DNA from: Nanobdellota archaeon
Lineage (GTDB): Archaea > Aenigmatarchaeota > Aenigmatarchaeia > QMZP01
Reading direction: 5' to 3'
Assembly: GCA_018816245.1 (NCBI GenBank)
Contig: JAHIVW010000003.1
Coordinates: 45,195-109,194, forward strand
Length of the DNA stretch: 64,000 bases
This document shows positions 9,910-20,129 of the stretch, in pieces (the first letter of the stretch is position 1; each line of letters starts with the position of its first letter). The position numbers were made by a program, and so were the translations under genes. The notes beneath the pieces were generated by a model. The model was not told the origin of the DNA, searched no databases, and was given only the letters and a program-made list of their open reading frames with translations.

Positions 9910-10128
9910 ATGGTGACAACAATCCAAATCAGTGAACAGCTCCAAAAGGAGCTGACTAAACAGAAATTTGTGCAAAACGAGACGTACGAAGAGGTCATCT
10001 GGGACCTTCTTGAAGATATACGCGAGCTGAGCGAAGAAACGAAGCGGGATCTTGCCCTTGCTCGTACCGAAGTGAAACAAGGAAAAATAAAGACATTTGA
10101 ACAAATTAAAAAGGAACTCAGTCTGTAA
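9910..10128 (+). CDS. Type II antitoxin (RelB-like archaeal)
   Basis: 72 aa, TTIQIS...L...K....ETYEEVI; translationally coupled (TAATG) to a RelE toxin. Confidence 0.8.
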   Translation: MVTTIQISEQLQKELTKQKFVQNETYEEVIWDLLEDIRELSEETKRDLALARTEVKQGKIKTFEQIKKELSL

Positions 10129-10376
10129 TGTATACCATCCTTTTCTCTCTCGTTGCAAATCGCCAGCTCAAAACATTGCCAAAACACATTCAAACGAGAA
10201 TCATGAGCGTCCTTGAGCGGATACGGATCAGACCGGAACAACATGTTCGCAAACTTGTTGGAGATCCGGGGTACAGACTTCGCGTTGGTGATTACCGGGT
10301 CATTCTCGATATTGAGAGACGAGAACTTCAGATTCTTGTAATTACGATAGCACATCGAAGAAATATTTACAAATAA
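10128..10376 (+). CDS. relE: RelE/ParE family toxin
   Basis: YRLRVGDYRVI...I.HRRNIY motif. Confidence 0.9.
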   Translation: MYTILFSLVANRQLKTLPKHIQTRIMSVLERIRIRPEQHVRKLVGDPGYRLRVGDYRVILDIERRELQILVITIAHRRNIYK

Positions 10377-10931
10377 CTATCGCTTCCGGAATTCTAACAC
10401 ATCAGAACGAGACACAATCCCCGAAATCGTTCCTTTCGTTGACACAACCACCGCTGGATGGTCCTTCAATGTTGGCAACACCGCTGTGACTAGTGTTGTG
10501 TCCGGTACCATGGGTAATGGCCGTTCCATCACTTCATTCACCGGTACATCCTTGAATTCTTCCTGGTTCATCCCGTAAATCAGTTTCTCAAGAATCGCGA
10601 CTTCAGTAATCGTCCCGACAATCTTTCCGTTCTCAATCACTGGCGCTTGGGAAATGTTGTTTGTCTTCAAGAGTTTCGCGGCTTTGGACAGCAGTTCCTG
10701 GGCATTGACCAAGATCACATCGTGCGTCATGATATCCCGAACGCGAATAGCAACCTTCTCTTCCAAACGATCCAGTGCTTGGTAGATTCGTGCCAGATCC
10801 ACTTCTACATGCGGATTCCCTGCTTCCAGCTCCTTGAGCATTTCCCGGGAGACGCCAGCCTCTTGCGCAAGCTCGGGCATGGAGATGCCGAGGGCCTTTC
10901 GTCGCTTGGCAATGTCAAGGGGAGACACCAT
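10377..10931 (-). CDS. XRE-HTH + CBS-pair transcriptional regulator
   Basis: RRKALGIS..ELA..AGVS HTH followed by two CBS domains. Confidence 0.85.
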   Translation of the reverse strand: MVSPLDIAKRRKALGISMPELAQEAGVSREMLKELEAGNPHVEVDLARIYQALDRLEEKVAIRVRDIMTHDVILVNAQELLSKAAKLLKTNNISQAPVIENGKIVGTITEVAILEKLIYGMNQEEFKDVPVNEVMERPLPMVPDTTLVTAVLPTLKDHPAVVVSTKGTISGIVSRSDVLEFRKR

Positions 10932-11019
10932 AGAGAAAGATTCAACAGAAAATCTTAAATTCGAAAGAAAAGCGCAGCATCGGGCACGGGCCGTCATAGC
11001 AGCGGAATTGGGGGTGTTT

Positions 11020-11247
11020 TTAGACCTCTTTAATCCATTTTGCAATAAAGTCCTTGATCTCCGCTTCGTCCGGGATGGCGATCGACTTCTTGAAACGACG
11101 TGCTCCGTCGGGTAGGAAAAACCCTCGGGAGATCGCAACGAACTCGTTCTCGCCTTCCTCGGCAACGGCTTTCTTTCGGGCAACTTCCAAGAAGTTGTTC
11201 TTCCCGAACTTCATTTCTTCAGCTTTCATTACCTGGAATTCTACCAT
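11020..11247 (-). CDS. Small archaeal protein (75 aa)
   Basis: AAGGAG SD; globular-looking sequence FGKNNFLEVARKKA...ISRGFF. Confidence 0.75.
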   Translation of the reverse strand: MVEFQVMKAEEMKFGKNNFLEVARKKAVAEEGENEFVAISRGFFLPDGARRFKKSIAIPDEAEIKDFIAKWIKEV

Positions 11248-11424
11248 TGGTACCACTCCTTTTTGAGGCACGGTCTTACAAAAACAGCCAGTGCCGGTAC
11301 TGTGGATTTCGAAGTATGGGTAGGAGGGTATATAAAGGTTGCGAGTTCGACACCCAGTTAAAGGGTCAAAGGGCAGGCTTTTAAGCTCCCCCCGCTATAC
11401 CTCCCTCAGGAGGCGATTGACGCT

Positions 11425-11664
11425 ATGGATGTGAAAGTGTATTCAACCCCGACCTGCCCGTTCTGTCACCAAGAGAAGGCATGGTTGAGTGACCATAAGG
11501 TCAAATTCCAAGACATCAACGTGGCTGTGGATCAGAAGGCAGCAGAGGAAATGATCGAGAAGAGCGGTCAGATGGGTGTTCCTGTGACAATTATTGACGG
11601 CAAGACTGTCATTGTCGGTTTTGACAAAGCGCGGCTCCAGAAGGAGCTCGGACTCAAAAGCTAG
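11425..11664 (+). CDS. Glutaredoxin (NrdH/YruB-like)
   Basis: YSTPTCPFC, SGQMGVPV, GFD. Confidence 0.9.
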   Translation: MDVKVYSTPTCPFCHQEKAWLSDHKVKFQDINVAVDQKAAEEMIEKSGQMGVPVTIIDGKTVIVGFDKARLQKELGLKS

Positions 11665-11734
11665 CAGGTTTAAATACCTTCGCTTCAATACAAAGAGGAA
11701 GCGATTGCGCTTTTGATGTACTGGGGTGCATGCT

Positions 11735-11998
11735 ATGGCTGAAGACCGTGTTCGAAGCAAGAAACTCGTTGGAAAGATTCTGATTTCCGAGGAAACTGGA
11801 AAAAAATTCGGTGTAATCGGTGATATAGACTATATCACCGAGTCAGGCGAATTGATCAATCTGGTCCTTTCTGAGAATACACCACATACCCAAACCCTCA
11901 ACCTCCAGCAGGACGAGAAGGGTCGGCTGCTTGTTCCGTTCTCCGCTGTCAAGAGTGTCGGGGACTTTGTGATTGTATCCGAAAAAGATATTGTGTAA
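11735..11998 (+). CDS. PRC-barrel domain protein
   Basis: LVGK.L....G.K.G.I.DI; VPFSAVKSVGDFVIV. Confidence 0.85.
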   Translation: MAEDRVRSKKLVGKILISEETGKKFGVIGDIDYITESGELINLVLSENTPHTQTLNLQQDEKGRLLVPFSAVKSVGDFVIVSEKDIV

Positions 11999-12005
11999 TG
12001 TTCAT

Positions 12006-13700
12006 ATGGGGGACCTGAAACTCCTGCGCAAATACACACTCCAGAACGCGGTTTTTTACGAAGGGAAAGCGAATCTCAAGGCAGTCCTTGGAAAGATGCT
12101 TGCGAACGAGCCTGCATTCCGGAAACATGCGACAGAACTCGAAAAAGAACTCCTTCCTGTTGTTGCGGAAGTAAATGCACTTTCGTTGGAGGAACAGCGT
12201 GCTGAACTTGAGCAGCTTGCCCCTGAATTGTTAGTAAAGGAAGAAAAGCAGCAGGACGAGCTGCCGCCGTTGAAGAACGCGATCGACGGAAAGGTGGTGA
12301 CACGGTTTGCGCCTGCACCGACCGGGCCCTTGCATTTGCCGCACGTGTTGCGGGCCGCTATGCTGTCCATGTTGTACGCGAAGAAGTACAACGGGACGTT
12401 CATCGTCCGACTGGAAGACACGGATCCCAAGAAGGTGGAAGCACCGTTCTACGAGTGGATTCAGGAAGACCTGAAGAACGCGGGAATGACGTGGGACAAA
12501 CTGTACATAGAGTCTGATGACATGCCGCTGTACTACGAGTATGCGGAGAAGTTGCTGTCGCAAGACGTTGCGTACGTCTGTACGTGTTTACAAGAACAGT
12601 TTCAGGAATTCAAGAAACGGAAACAATCCTGTCCCTGCCGGAACAACGGGCCGGACAAGCAGCTTGAGCGCTGGGAATACATGCGGTCAGGTAAGTATCA
12701 GGAAGGCCGTGCTGTTGTCCGGTTGAAAATCGGGATGGACCGGCCAAACCCTGCGATCCGGGATCCGGCCTTGTTGCGGATTGCGCAAGCGAACCACCCG
12801 CGGCGGAAGGACAAGGTCTGGCCGTTGTACAACTTTGCGAACGTGATCGAGGATCACACACAAGGCGTGACGCACGTGTTCCGTGGGAAAGAACACCAGC
12901 ACAATACTGAGATTCAGGAATTTGTATACAAGGAACTGGGATGGATGCCACCAACCGTGGTGAACTTCGGGATGATCATTCTCACAACAAAGGATCCCAC
13001 AACAAAACAAGCGAAAGATGTTGTGCTGCACACGCGGGACATGAAGAAAGGGATCGCTGAAGGAGCCTTCGACGCGTGGGACGACATCCGGCTGCCGACC
13101 GTGCGCGCGTATCTGCGGCGCGGGTACCAGCCGGAAACGTTCCGGCGGTTCGCACTCACCTGCGGCCTGTCGAAAACCGACATCCGAATTGATCATGAAA
13201 ATCTTGACGCACTCAACCGGCAGGAACTTGATCCGGCTGCCGACCGGTTCATGGTTGTCATCGATCCCGTGAAACTGCAGATGGATGAGGTGCTCAAGAA
13301 AGCCGGGATCAAAAAAACCGTTCGCGTCAAAGTGCATCCGGAAAAAGAAACCTACCGGGATGTTGTAGTGTCCGGGACGATTTTTATTACAAAGGACGAT
13401 TTCGAGCGTCTCGAGAATAAGCACGTCCGGTTGATTGACTTGTGTAATGTTCGTCTTGAAAAGAAGCCAATCTACACTGAGGATCAGGACTTCGACGCGC
13501 GGACGAAGAAGATTCAGTGGGTTGCTGAGAAACACGTGAAGGTGACGATCGTGACGCCGGACGGAGAACATCATGGAATCGGCGAACTCGCGCTGAAGAA
13601 ACTTCCGGTTGGAACCGTGATCCAGATGCTGCGAATTGGGTTTGGGCGGATCGACAGTAAGACGAACGATTCAGTTACCATCTGGTGGGCGCACAAGTAG
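12006..13700 (+). CDS. gltX: Glutamyl-tRNA synthetase (archaeal type)
   Basis: VVTRFAPAPTGPLH, RLEDTDP, YVCTC, THVFRGKEH. Confidence 0.92.
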   Translation: MGDLKLLRKYTLQNAVFYEGKANLKAVLGKMLANEPAFRKHATELEKELLPVVAEVNALSLEEQRAELEQLAPELLVKEEKQQDELPPLKNAIDGKVVTRFAPAPTGPLHLPHVLRAAMLSMLYAKKYNGTFIVRLEDTDPKKVEAPFYEWIQEDLKNAGMTWDKLYIESDDMPLYYEYAEKLLSQDVAYVCTCLQEQFQEFKKRKQSCPCRNNGPDKQLERWEYMRSGKYQEGRAVVRLKIGMDRPNPAIRDPALLRIAQANHPRRKDKVWPLYNFANVIEDHTQGVTHVFRGKEHQHNTEIQEFVYKELGWMPPTVVNFGMIILTTKDPTTKQAKDVVLHTRDMKKGIAEGAFDAWDDIRLPTVRAYLRRGYQPETFRRFALTCGLSKTDIRIDHENLDALNRQELDPAADRFMVVIDPVKLQMDEVLKKAGIKKTVRVKVHPEKETYRDVVVSGTIFITKDDFERLENKHVRLIDLCNVRLEKKPIYTEDQDFDARTKKIQWVAEKHVKVTIVTPDGEHHGIGELALKKLPVGTVIQMLRIGFGRIDSKTNDSVTIWWAHK

Positions 13701-13754
13701 CTCCGTTCTTCCCTGGTCAAGTGGTTTTAAACTATTGCTTACAAGAGAGGGGGT

Positions 13755-14996
13755 ATGCTTCCACTTGAGAAGAAACTGCTCTCCCGGACCATCGCTCCCG
13801 GTCTGCTCATGCCGTCGTACGAGGGCTACTGCATTGCCAATATCATGGCCTCAATTCTCCAGCAGTTCGGGGCCAAGCAGCAGGGAACGCCCCTGGCAGA
13901 CGGCCTCCTCCCCGAGGATGCAACTGAGGCAGAAAAAGTGGTTCTCTTCGTTGCAGACGGCCTCGGCTACGACCAGTTGCAGACAGAGATTGCCCGGCGA
14001 AACGCTCCGGGGTTGAAGTCTTTTGCTGGATCCGTGATTCCCCTCACTGCCTGCGCCCCCACGGCCACCACCGCAAACCTGTGTTCCTTCGTGACCGGTG
14101 TCCCGCCAGGAATCCACGGCTTCCTCGGCTACAAGTCAGAGTTGCTCCTTCGGTCACTGGATCCTGCTGCCTTCAAGCTTGGACCAGGAGGCGCTGGCCA
14201 GAGACTTGCTGATATTGATTTACACGCAGCGGACATCCGGGAAGTGCCGCTTGCAACACAACTGTTGATGGACGCAGGCATCCAGGTGGTGCAGTACAAC
14301 CGCCGGGACTACTTGCGGACGCCGTTAAGCGAGATCTTGTACACCAACATGAAGGTGCATGATTACGTTGACCGGGAAGATCTGCTCGTGCATGCACGCA
14401 AGCATCTCATGACAACAAAAGGGAAACTGTTTGCCTGGTTGTACTGGGACATGATTGACGGGATTTCTCATGTTCACGGCGCCTTGTCAGACTTCCATGC
14501 CGCCGAGGTGCGCGCGCTCGATGCAGGAATCATTACCGAACTACTTGAGCCGTTGGAAGGGAGTAATACACTCTTCATCTTTACTGCAGACCATGGCCAT
14601 ATCAACCGGAACGAAGAGCGGGTCGTGGATCTGACCGAAGACGCAGGATTGATGAAGCTGTTGCAGTTCGCACCGCAAGGGGATGTTCGTGAAGGGCGGT
14701 TGAACTTTTTCTATACAAAGAAGGGCAAGGCGAACGCGACGTTGCAGCACCTGCAGCAGCATTACAGTCAGGACTCCATTGCCATGCTGTCCGATGACGC
14801 GCTGAAGCTGGGATTGTTCGGGACGACGAAGATGACGCCGACGGTTCGGAAGCGGATTGGCGATGTGGTGATGATCGCGAAGGACGACGCGTTGCTCGGG
14901 TCGCGACCGATTGAGGAAATGCTCCGGTTGTACGGGTATCATGGCGGGCTGACGCGGCAGGAAGTGCTGGTGCCGTTTATTGCGAAGGTGCTTTGA
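13755..14996 (+). CDS. Alkaline phosphatase superfamily nucleotide pyrophosphatase/phosphodiesterase
   Basis: VLFVADGLG, PTAT nucleophile region, D..SH..G, TADHG, HGGL...E..VP. Confidence 0.85.
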   Translation: MLPLEKKLLSRTIAPGLLMPSYEGYCIANIMASILQQFGAKQQGTPLADGLLPEDATEAEKVVLFVADGLGYDQLQTEIARRNAPGLKSFAGSVIPLTACAPTATTANLCSFVTGVPPGIHGFLGYKSELLLRSLDPAAFKLGPGGAGQRLADIDLHAADIREVPLATQLLMDAGIQVVQYNRRDYLRTPLSEILYTNMKVHDYVDREDLLVHARKHLMTTKGKLFAWLYWDMIDGISHVHGALSDFHAAEVRALDAGIITELLEPLEGSNTLFIFTADHGHINRNEERVVDLTEDAGLMKLLQFAPQGDVREGRLNFFYTKKGKANATLQHLQQHYSQDSIAMLSDDALKLGLFGTTKMTPTVRKRIGDVVMIAKDDALLGSRPIEEMLRLYGYHGGLTRQEVLVPFIAKVL

Positions 14997-16302
14997 GCTT
15001 CTCGTACTCTTTCTGGCTGCATGCGTACACATCAAATCCTAAGGTCCGCCAGCGTGCGGCAACGTGTTTTGACTCGACGCCGATCGGGCAGACAATACAG
15101 TATTGCTTCCCTTTCTTCAGGTACGGAGCAAGATCGTACTTTGCTGCGGCAATGGGAATGATCTCCATGCCGGTGAGTGATTTGGGTCGATAGTCTTGTG
15201 CGGGAAGGGTTGCTGACAGTGGCATGGTTTGGATTGTGTCAAAAGAGAACGCCGGTTCAACGACCCGTACTTCTTCGAGGGTCGCCTTGTCTGTTGCGTG
15301 TTGCTGGGTGATGTTGCAGAACTCTTTCACCTTTTCGCTTGCGTCGTGCGTGCCGATCTCCCGTGCTGCATGAATAATCTCGGTCTTGTCGAACGCGAGC
15401 AGCGGCCGGTGGACGGGGAGCGTGATCGCCTCCTCGATCACCGCGAGGTTGGTCATGGTTTGCGTCGAGACTTGGCCGAGCGACTCACCGGTGCCGATGG
15501 CAACGCAGTGTTCTTGATTTGCAACAGCTTCGGCAATCCGGTACAACGCACGCTTGAACACGACCTGTTTCAGTCGGTCAGGGACGGTTTTCTCGATATG
15601 CTTTGTGATGTCCTGTCCGTCGACCATGAGGAGCTTCGTGTTCGGGAAGTGCCACTTCGTAATTAATTCACGATACACCGCGACCACGTCTTCGGTCAGC
15701 GCCGGGCCAATTGGGTTGTAGAAGAGGAACGTGAGTTCGCAGCCGCGCTTTGCCAGACGCCAGGCAGCAACAGGCGAATCGAAGCCGCCGGAAAAGAGCA
15801 TAAGCACCTTGCCTTGGGTACCAGCGGGGAGGCCGCCGACACCGGGAGCAATATTGGTGAACACGTACGCATTCTTGTCGCGGACTTCGATGTGGATCGT
15901 GGTGTCAGGTTTGGAGAGATTGACCGTGAGGTTTGTGTTCTTGACAACTGCGGCACCGAGTTGCTTGTCGAGTTCCTGCGACGTGAGTGGATAGGACTTC
16001 ATGCGCCGGGAGCGGACGGCGAAGGTTCCTTTGAGTTCCTTTGCGGATGCGAGGACAGTTTGTTCAATGGTTGCGTACTCATTCGAGATTTTTTGAACGA
16101 TACTTGCGGAAACAACACCGAAGGTTTTTGTTACTGGAGTAAGATCATCCACGTTTTCAATGAAGATGCGGCCGGGCTCTTTCCGGAACGTGGCGGTTGC
16201 TGGGAGAACCGCTTTCAGGTTGCGGATCAGGACGTTCTCCATGCTGGCGCGGACACGGGGGCCCTTGAGGGCGATTTCGCCGTAGCGGACGAGGATGGTC
16301 AT
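14977..16302 (-). CDS. thiI: tRNA 4-thiouridine synthase ThiI (THUMP + PP-loop + C-terminal rhodanese-like segment)
   Basis: VRYGEIALKG, GGLP.GTQG, SGGFDSPVA, GESLGQVSTQT; C-terminal C..G..S. Confidence 0.92.
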   Translation of the reverse strand: MTILVRYGEIALKGPRVRASMENVLIRNLKAVLPATATFRKEPGRIFIENVDDLTPVTKTFGVVSASIVQKISNEYATIEQTVLASAKELKGTFAVRSRRMKSYPLTSQELDKQLGAAVVKNTNLTVNLSKPDTTIHIEVRDKNAYVFTNIAPGVGGLPAGTQGKVLMLFSGGFDSPVAAWRLAKRGCELTFLFYNPIGPALTEDVVAVYRELITKWHFPNTKLLMVDGQDITKHIEKTVPDRLKQVVFKRALYRIAEAVANQEHCVAIGTGESLGQVSTQTMTNLAVIEEAITLPVHRPLLAFDKTEIIHAAREIGTHDASEKVKEFCNITQQHATDKATLEEVRVVEPAFSFDTIQTMPLSATLPAQDYRPKSLTGMEIIPIAAAKYDLAPYLKKGKQYCIVCPIGVESKHVAARWRTLGFDVYACSQKEYEKLKAPSQ

Positions 16303-16408
16303 GAAATAAGAGTCGGTGGTTTGTTTATAAAACAATCGGAAGAGAGCCTCACGTTCTCGAAAGGTATAGCCCGATAAGCATATAGTTCATCCTAATCTAT
16401 AGCTCATA

Positions 16409-16879
16409 GTGATCAGTGTCGTCCCCTTTCGGAAGAACTACCAGAAGGATGCAAAAACGCTTATTCTCTCGATCTTGAATAAGGAGTTTGGCCATATACG
16501 GGTCCCTCGACCCGATCTCGATAACATTGCCAAAACATACCAAAGTAATGAAAGAAGTAATTTCTGGATTGCTCTAGACAAAAGAAAAATTATTGGTACC
16601 GTTGGTCTTCTGGAGATTGATCACCCAGACGCCGTTCTCAAAAGACTTTGTGTTATAGAGAAATATCGCAGAAGAGGTGCTGGCAAAAAACTTATGCAAA
16701 CACTACTCCAATTCGCCAAAGACAGAGGCTATAGTAACATCTTCCTGCAAACAACAACTGAAATGAAGATCGCAAATAGTGTTTACGAATCATATAGTTT
16801 CAAGAAAACAAGGCGGCCAAAGAAAATGGGTGAGATAACGATATACCCGACAAGTATTTTTTACAAGTTAAAACTTTGA
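16409..16879 (+). CDS. GNAT family N-acetyltransferase
   Basis: IIGTVGL, LKRLCV...YRRRGAGKKL acetyl-CoA motif; AT-rich gene. Confidence 0.85.
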   Translation: MISVVPFRKNYQKDAKTLILSILNKEFGHIRVPRPDLDNIAKTYQSNERSNFWIALDKRKIIGTVGLLEIDHPDAVLKRLCVIEKYRRRGAGKKLMQTLLQFAKDRGYSNIFLQTTTEMKIANSVYESYSFKKTRRPKKMGEITIYPTSIFYKLKL

Positions 16880-16940
16880 GATCCTCTTCTACGATTGGGG
16901 AGAAATCCACTCATTAGCCAAAGCCTCGTGGATAAGCATT

Positions 16941-18164
16941 CTATTCCAAATCCTTCTTCGCCAGCACCGTGATCGGCGTGTTGAACGAGTCCTTGTCCAT
17001 CCCGACCAGGAACTCAACACCCTTCCGGCGCGCAATCGAGTTCAGGCTGTAGTTCACTTTCCCGTCGAACACAACCGCACGCGGCTTGTCGAGCGTTTTG
17101 AGCGTGTTCTCGAGCTCAGCAACCGGCACCTTCCCGAGCAGCTCGTTGTTGGCGTCGAAGATGCACGCTGCCCGCGATCCAACGAGATCAGTCAGCGTCT
17201 TCTTGAACAATTCCTTGTCCTCGTCCTTGATTCGGAGAGCACGAGGCTTGTCATCACGTCGTTCCCGGACAGGGCGCCGTTCCGGCAGGGGCGGGCGACC
17301 ATTGTTGCTCTCGTAGCGCCGGTAGTTGCCGTTGTCGCCCTTGTGTTCGGACAGAAACTGCTGCGGCGTCACCTTGTCGCGAAGCGCCTTGAACAGTTCC
17401 TTCTTGACCAGTTCCTCGACTTCGCGGCCGCTCGGCGCCTGGGCAACGAAATCAATCTCCGTCCGTTGCATCAGTTCCTTGACGATGAGCTCGCCGCCGC
17501 GGTCGCCGTCCACGAGCGCGGTCGCGGTCTTCTCGCGGCAGATCCGGTCGATCACCTGGGGAACGGATGTCCCGCCGATGGCGACAGTGTTCCTGATTCC
17601 GTACTTCAAGAGGTTCAGGATGTCTGCCCGGCCCTCGACGATGATGACCTCGTCGCTCTCCGCGACCGTCGGCCCAGCTGGCAAGCCTTCGTAAACACTA
17701 ATCTCCTCGATCCGGATGGTTTCCTTGATTTTGTCGCTCAGCTCAGCCGAGCTGGGAACACTGGACTCCACCAGCTTCCGAAGAATCTCCTTGGCCCGGT
17801 CGATAACATAGTCCCGTTTCAAAGAACGGGTGTCCTCGACCTTGTCGAGCTTGATCTCTGCAGTGCAGGGACCGACCCGCTCGATGGTTTCGAGGGTCGC
17901 GGCGATGAGCGCGGTCTCGGTCGCATCCAGCGAGGACGGAATGATGATGTCGCCATCAGAACTGCCGCCGCTCGAATGAAGGTTCACTTCGATCCGGCCA
18001 ATCCGCCCGGTTTCTTGTAATTCCCTGAGGTCAAGATCCGAGCCAAGCAACCCTTCGGTTTGCCCAAACACTGCTCCGATAACGTCGTGTTTTTCGATAA
18101 CTCCTTTTGCCTTGATTCGTGCTTTTACGAGATATTTTATTGATGTTGGCGCTAATTTCGCCAT
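16941..18164 (-). CDS. dnaG: Archaeal DnaG (Toprim primase / exosome-associated)
   Basis: DVIGAVFGQTEGLLG..LDLRELQ..GRIGRI, IIVEGRAD, DGDRGG. Confidence 0.93.
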   Translation of the reverse strand: MAKLAPTSIKYLVKARIKAKGVIEKHDVIGAVFGQTEGLLGSDLDLRELQETGRIGRIEVNLHSSGGSSDGDIIIPSSLDATETALIAATLETIERVGPCTAEIKLDKVEDTRSLKRDYVIDRAKEILRKLVESSVPSSAELSDKIKETIRIEEISVYEGLPAGPTVAESDEVIIVEGRADILNLLKYGIRNTVAIGGTSVPQVIDRICREKTATALVDGDRGGELIVKELMQRTEIDFVAQAPSGREVEELVKKELFKALRDKVTPQQFLSEHKGDNGNYRRYESNNGRPPLPERRPVRERRDDKPRALRIKDEDKELFKKTLTDLVGSRAACIFDANNELLGKVPVAELENTLKTLDKPRAVVFDGKVNYSLNSIARRKGVEFLVGMDKDSFNTPITVLAKKDLE

Positions 18165-18519
18165 AAGTATCAGCCTCCTTCAGACTGTCTAATTCCTCGA
18201 TCGTTGTCCGCCCGAATGAGCGGACCAGCTGCCGCAACCGGTTGTTGCTTTCGATTTTGTACATGTGCATCATACGCTCCAATTGTTGTGCAAGCTTTCG
18301 ACCTTCCCGGTCGAAGTCAGTGAGTATCACGACTTCCCTGATCCCCCGCGAGGCAAGCGCCTCGACCACGGTGATCAGCGGCTTACTGTTGATCGGTAGA
18401 ATATCCGGTATCCCCAGGGTTTTTAAAGCCCCCTCATCGTGCTTCCCCTCGACAATCACCGGGTAGTCGGCGACTTCCGCGAGGACGCGCTCAATGTGCT
18501 CGGGGCTTGGGTCTCGAAT
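18031..18519 (-). CDS. Small Toprim-domain protein (start uncertain: ATT 18519 or an upstream ATG)
   Basis: VIVEGKHD, VILTDFDREG Toprim motifs. Confidence 0.8.
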   Translation of the reverse strand: MRDPSPEHIERVLAEVADYPVIVEGKHDEGALKTLGIPDILPINSKPLITVVEALASRGIREVVILTDFDREGRKLAQQLERMMHMYKIESNNRLRQLVRSFGRTTIEELDSLKEADTYGEISANINKISRKSTNQGKRSYRKTRRYRSSVWANRRVAWLGS

Positions 18520-19507
18520 AGCGACCCCTCCTTCGGGCCCTCTGCTGAGGGTGATCGAGCCGATAACGGTGTTTCTGGGCAGTATAGCCTTCATCCCATT
18601 CACGCTGGGGATCAGGCCAGGGACGTTCCCTGAGAGGCGGGGCGTACCGGCCATGTTCTCGTGTCCAGATTCGCTCCACGACGGGATGGTCTACACTCTG
18701 GAGGACCGCTTCAGCAATATCTGTTGTGGTCAAGATTCCTTGGAGCGCTGCCTCGTCCGTCACGGCCACACCGTCCAGATGATTGGAACGCATCTGATGA
18801 GCAGCAAGCCGAAGGTTTTCGTGAGGCGAGAATGAGATGATTTTGCGGTTCATGGCATCCCGGACACTGGCTTCAGGGAGGTGATAAAGCTCCTGCTCTC
18901 GCACGAAGCGGAGAATATCCCGAGGGGTGATCATTCCAATGTGGACGTCCTTCTGCACAATCGGGAAACGGTGGTATCCAGTGTTAACGAACAGGAGCGC
19001 GGCATCGATAAGAGAGAGATCAGGGGACACGTGGAGTGGATTCGCGCTCATGGCTGCGGCAACAGGAATACCAGGAACAGGAAGCGCACCCAAGAGATGC
19101 GGGAAGGATGCCATGGTCAGGAGCTTACCATCCTGAACAACAGGTAACGCGTGCTGCCCGGTTTTCCAGAGCCCAACAAGCGCGTCGCCGAGCGAGCTCT
19201 GGGAGCGGAGGGCAGCGATCTGGGTGGTCATAACGTGCTGGATCGGCACATCCAGTTTCTGGGGATGGCGCTGGTATTCAACAAACCGGGTCCCTGCACC
19301 AAGATACTCAAGCAACGTTGTTGCTGTGAGCATACCCTCCATCCGGCCGTCAGTGCCGACGACCGGGAGACGGGAGGTGTGCTTCACGATCGCGTCCATG
19401 CCGTTTCGGATTGATTCCAAGGATTCGCAGAAGAGGGTGTGTGGTGTTGTGTGATCGATCAGTGACCGCTCCAATGCAGTGTGGCCGTGGAACAGGAAGC
19501 GTGACAT
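18491..19507 (-). CDS. Four-CBS-domain protein
   Basis: Repeated CBS motifs (RLPVV...G.L, HRFPIV....IGMIT..DI). Confidence 0.85.
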   Translation of the reverse strand: MSRFLFHGHTALERSLIDHTTPHTLFCESLESIRNGMDAIVKHTSRLPVVGTDGRMEGMLTATTLLEYLGAGTRFVEYQRHPQKLDVPIQHVMTTQIAALRSQSSLGDALVGLWKTGQHALPVVQDGKLLTMASFPHLLGALPVPGIPVAAAMSANPLHVSPDLSLIDAALLFVNTGYHRFPIVQKDVHIGMITPRDILRFVREQELYHLPEASVRDAMNRKIISFSPHENLRLAAHQMRSNHLDGVAVTDEAALQGILTTTDIAEAVLQSVDHPVVERIWTREHGRYAPPLRERPWPDPQREWDEGYTAQKHRYRLDHPQQRARRRGRYSRPKPRAH

Positions 19508-19628
19508 AGAATGGTTCTGTATAGGATCCAAGTTTTAAAAGAGTCACTTTGAAAGAGGTGAATTGTATGGAACATTTTTCCATTCTTTCGGAGGGTTTTT
19601 AAAGTTTTCCTTTTCAAATAATCACAAT

Positions 19629-20129
19629 ATGAAACTATCTGACTATGTTCGAACTAGTGTATTGACCCTTGGTGGGTTTCTCGCAGGATGTTCGGACATT
19701 GATGAATCTCTATTTGCTCACTACCTCAAAACAGACCATCCATCGTACGTTGTTCTTGCTATCCCTGGGGCCGGTGCGCCCGGTGATGCAGGACCTGACC
19801 AAGACCTTTCCTACCTCGTCAAAGAACTTGAAGCAGCAGGCTATCATCGAGCATCAAAATCTGGTGATATTGGAAAGAAAGGCTTCTATGAGATTCAACC
19901 CGTGCTGGGCGATCTTGTCAAGGCAAGTCTGTTGAAATGGCCTCAACAACTCGAACAACTGCCGGAAGGGTTTGATATTGTCTACGCGGGCGATCCGAAC
20001 GGGCTCGTGGACAAGTTTGAAGGCCTTGAAGACACTTATGCGGGGGTTGGAAAAACCGTTCGAACATACGTTGCCGAGCTCAGTGAAGCTGACGGGAACG
20101 TGGACTTCAAACGGATGACAAAGGATTGA
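19629..20129 (+). CDS. Hypothetical lipoprotein
   Basis: Lipobox FLAGC after a short signal. Confidence 0.6.
   Translation: MKLSDYVRTSVLTLGGFLAGCSDIDESLFAHYLKTDHPSYVVLAIPGAGAPGDAGPDQDLSYLVKELEAAGYHRASKSGDIGKKGFYEIQPVLGDLVKASLLKWPQQLEQLPEGFDIVYAGDPNGLVDKFEGLEDTYAGVGKTVRTYVAELSEADGNVDFKRMTKD

Noticed and set aside
18520-18660. RNase P or SRP RNA in the hairpin-rich CBS/toprim overlap
   Set aside because: The conserved RNase P (GAGGAAAGUCC) and SRP helix-8 motifs were not found.
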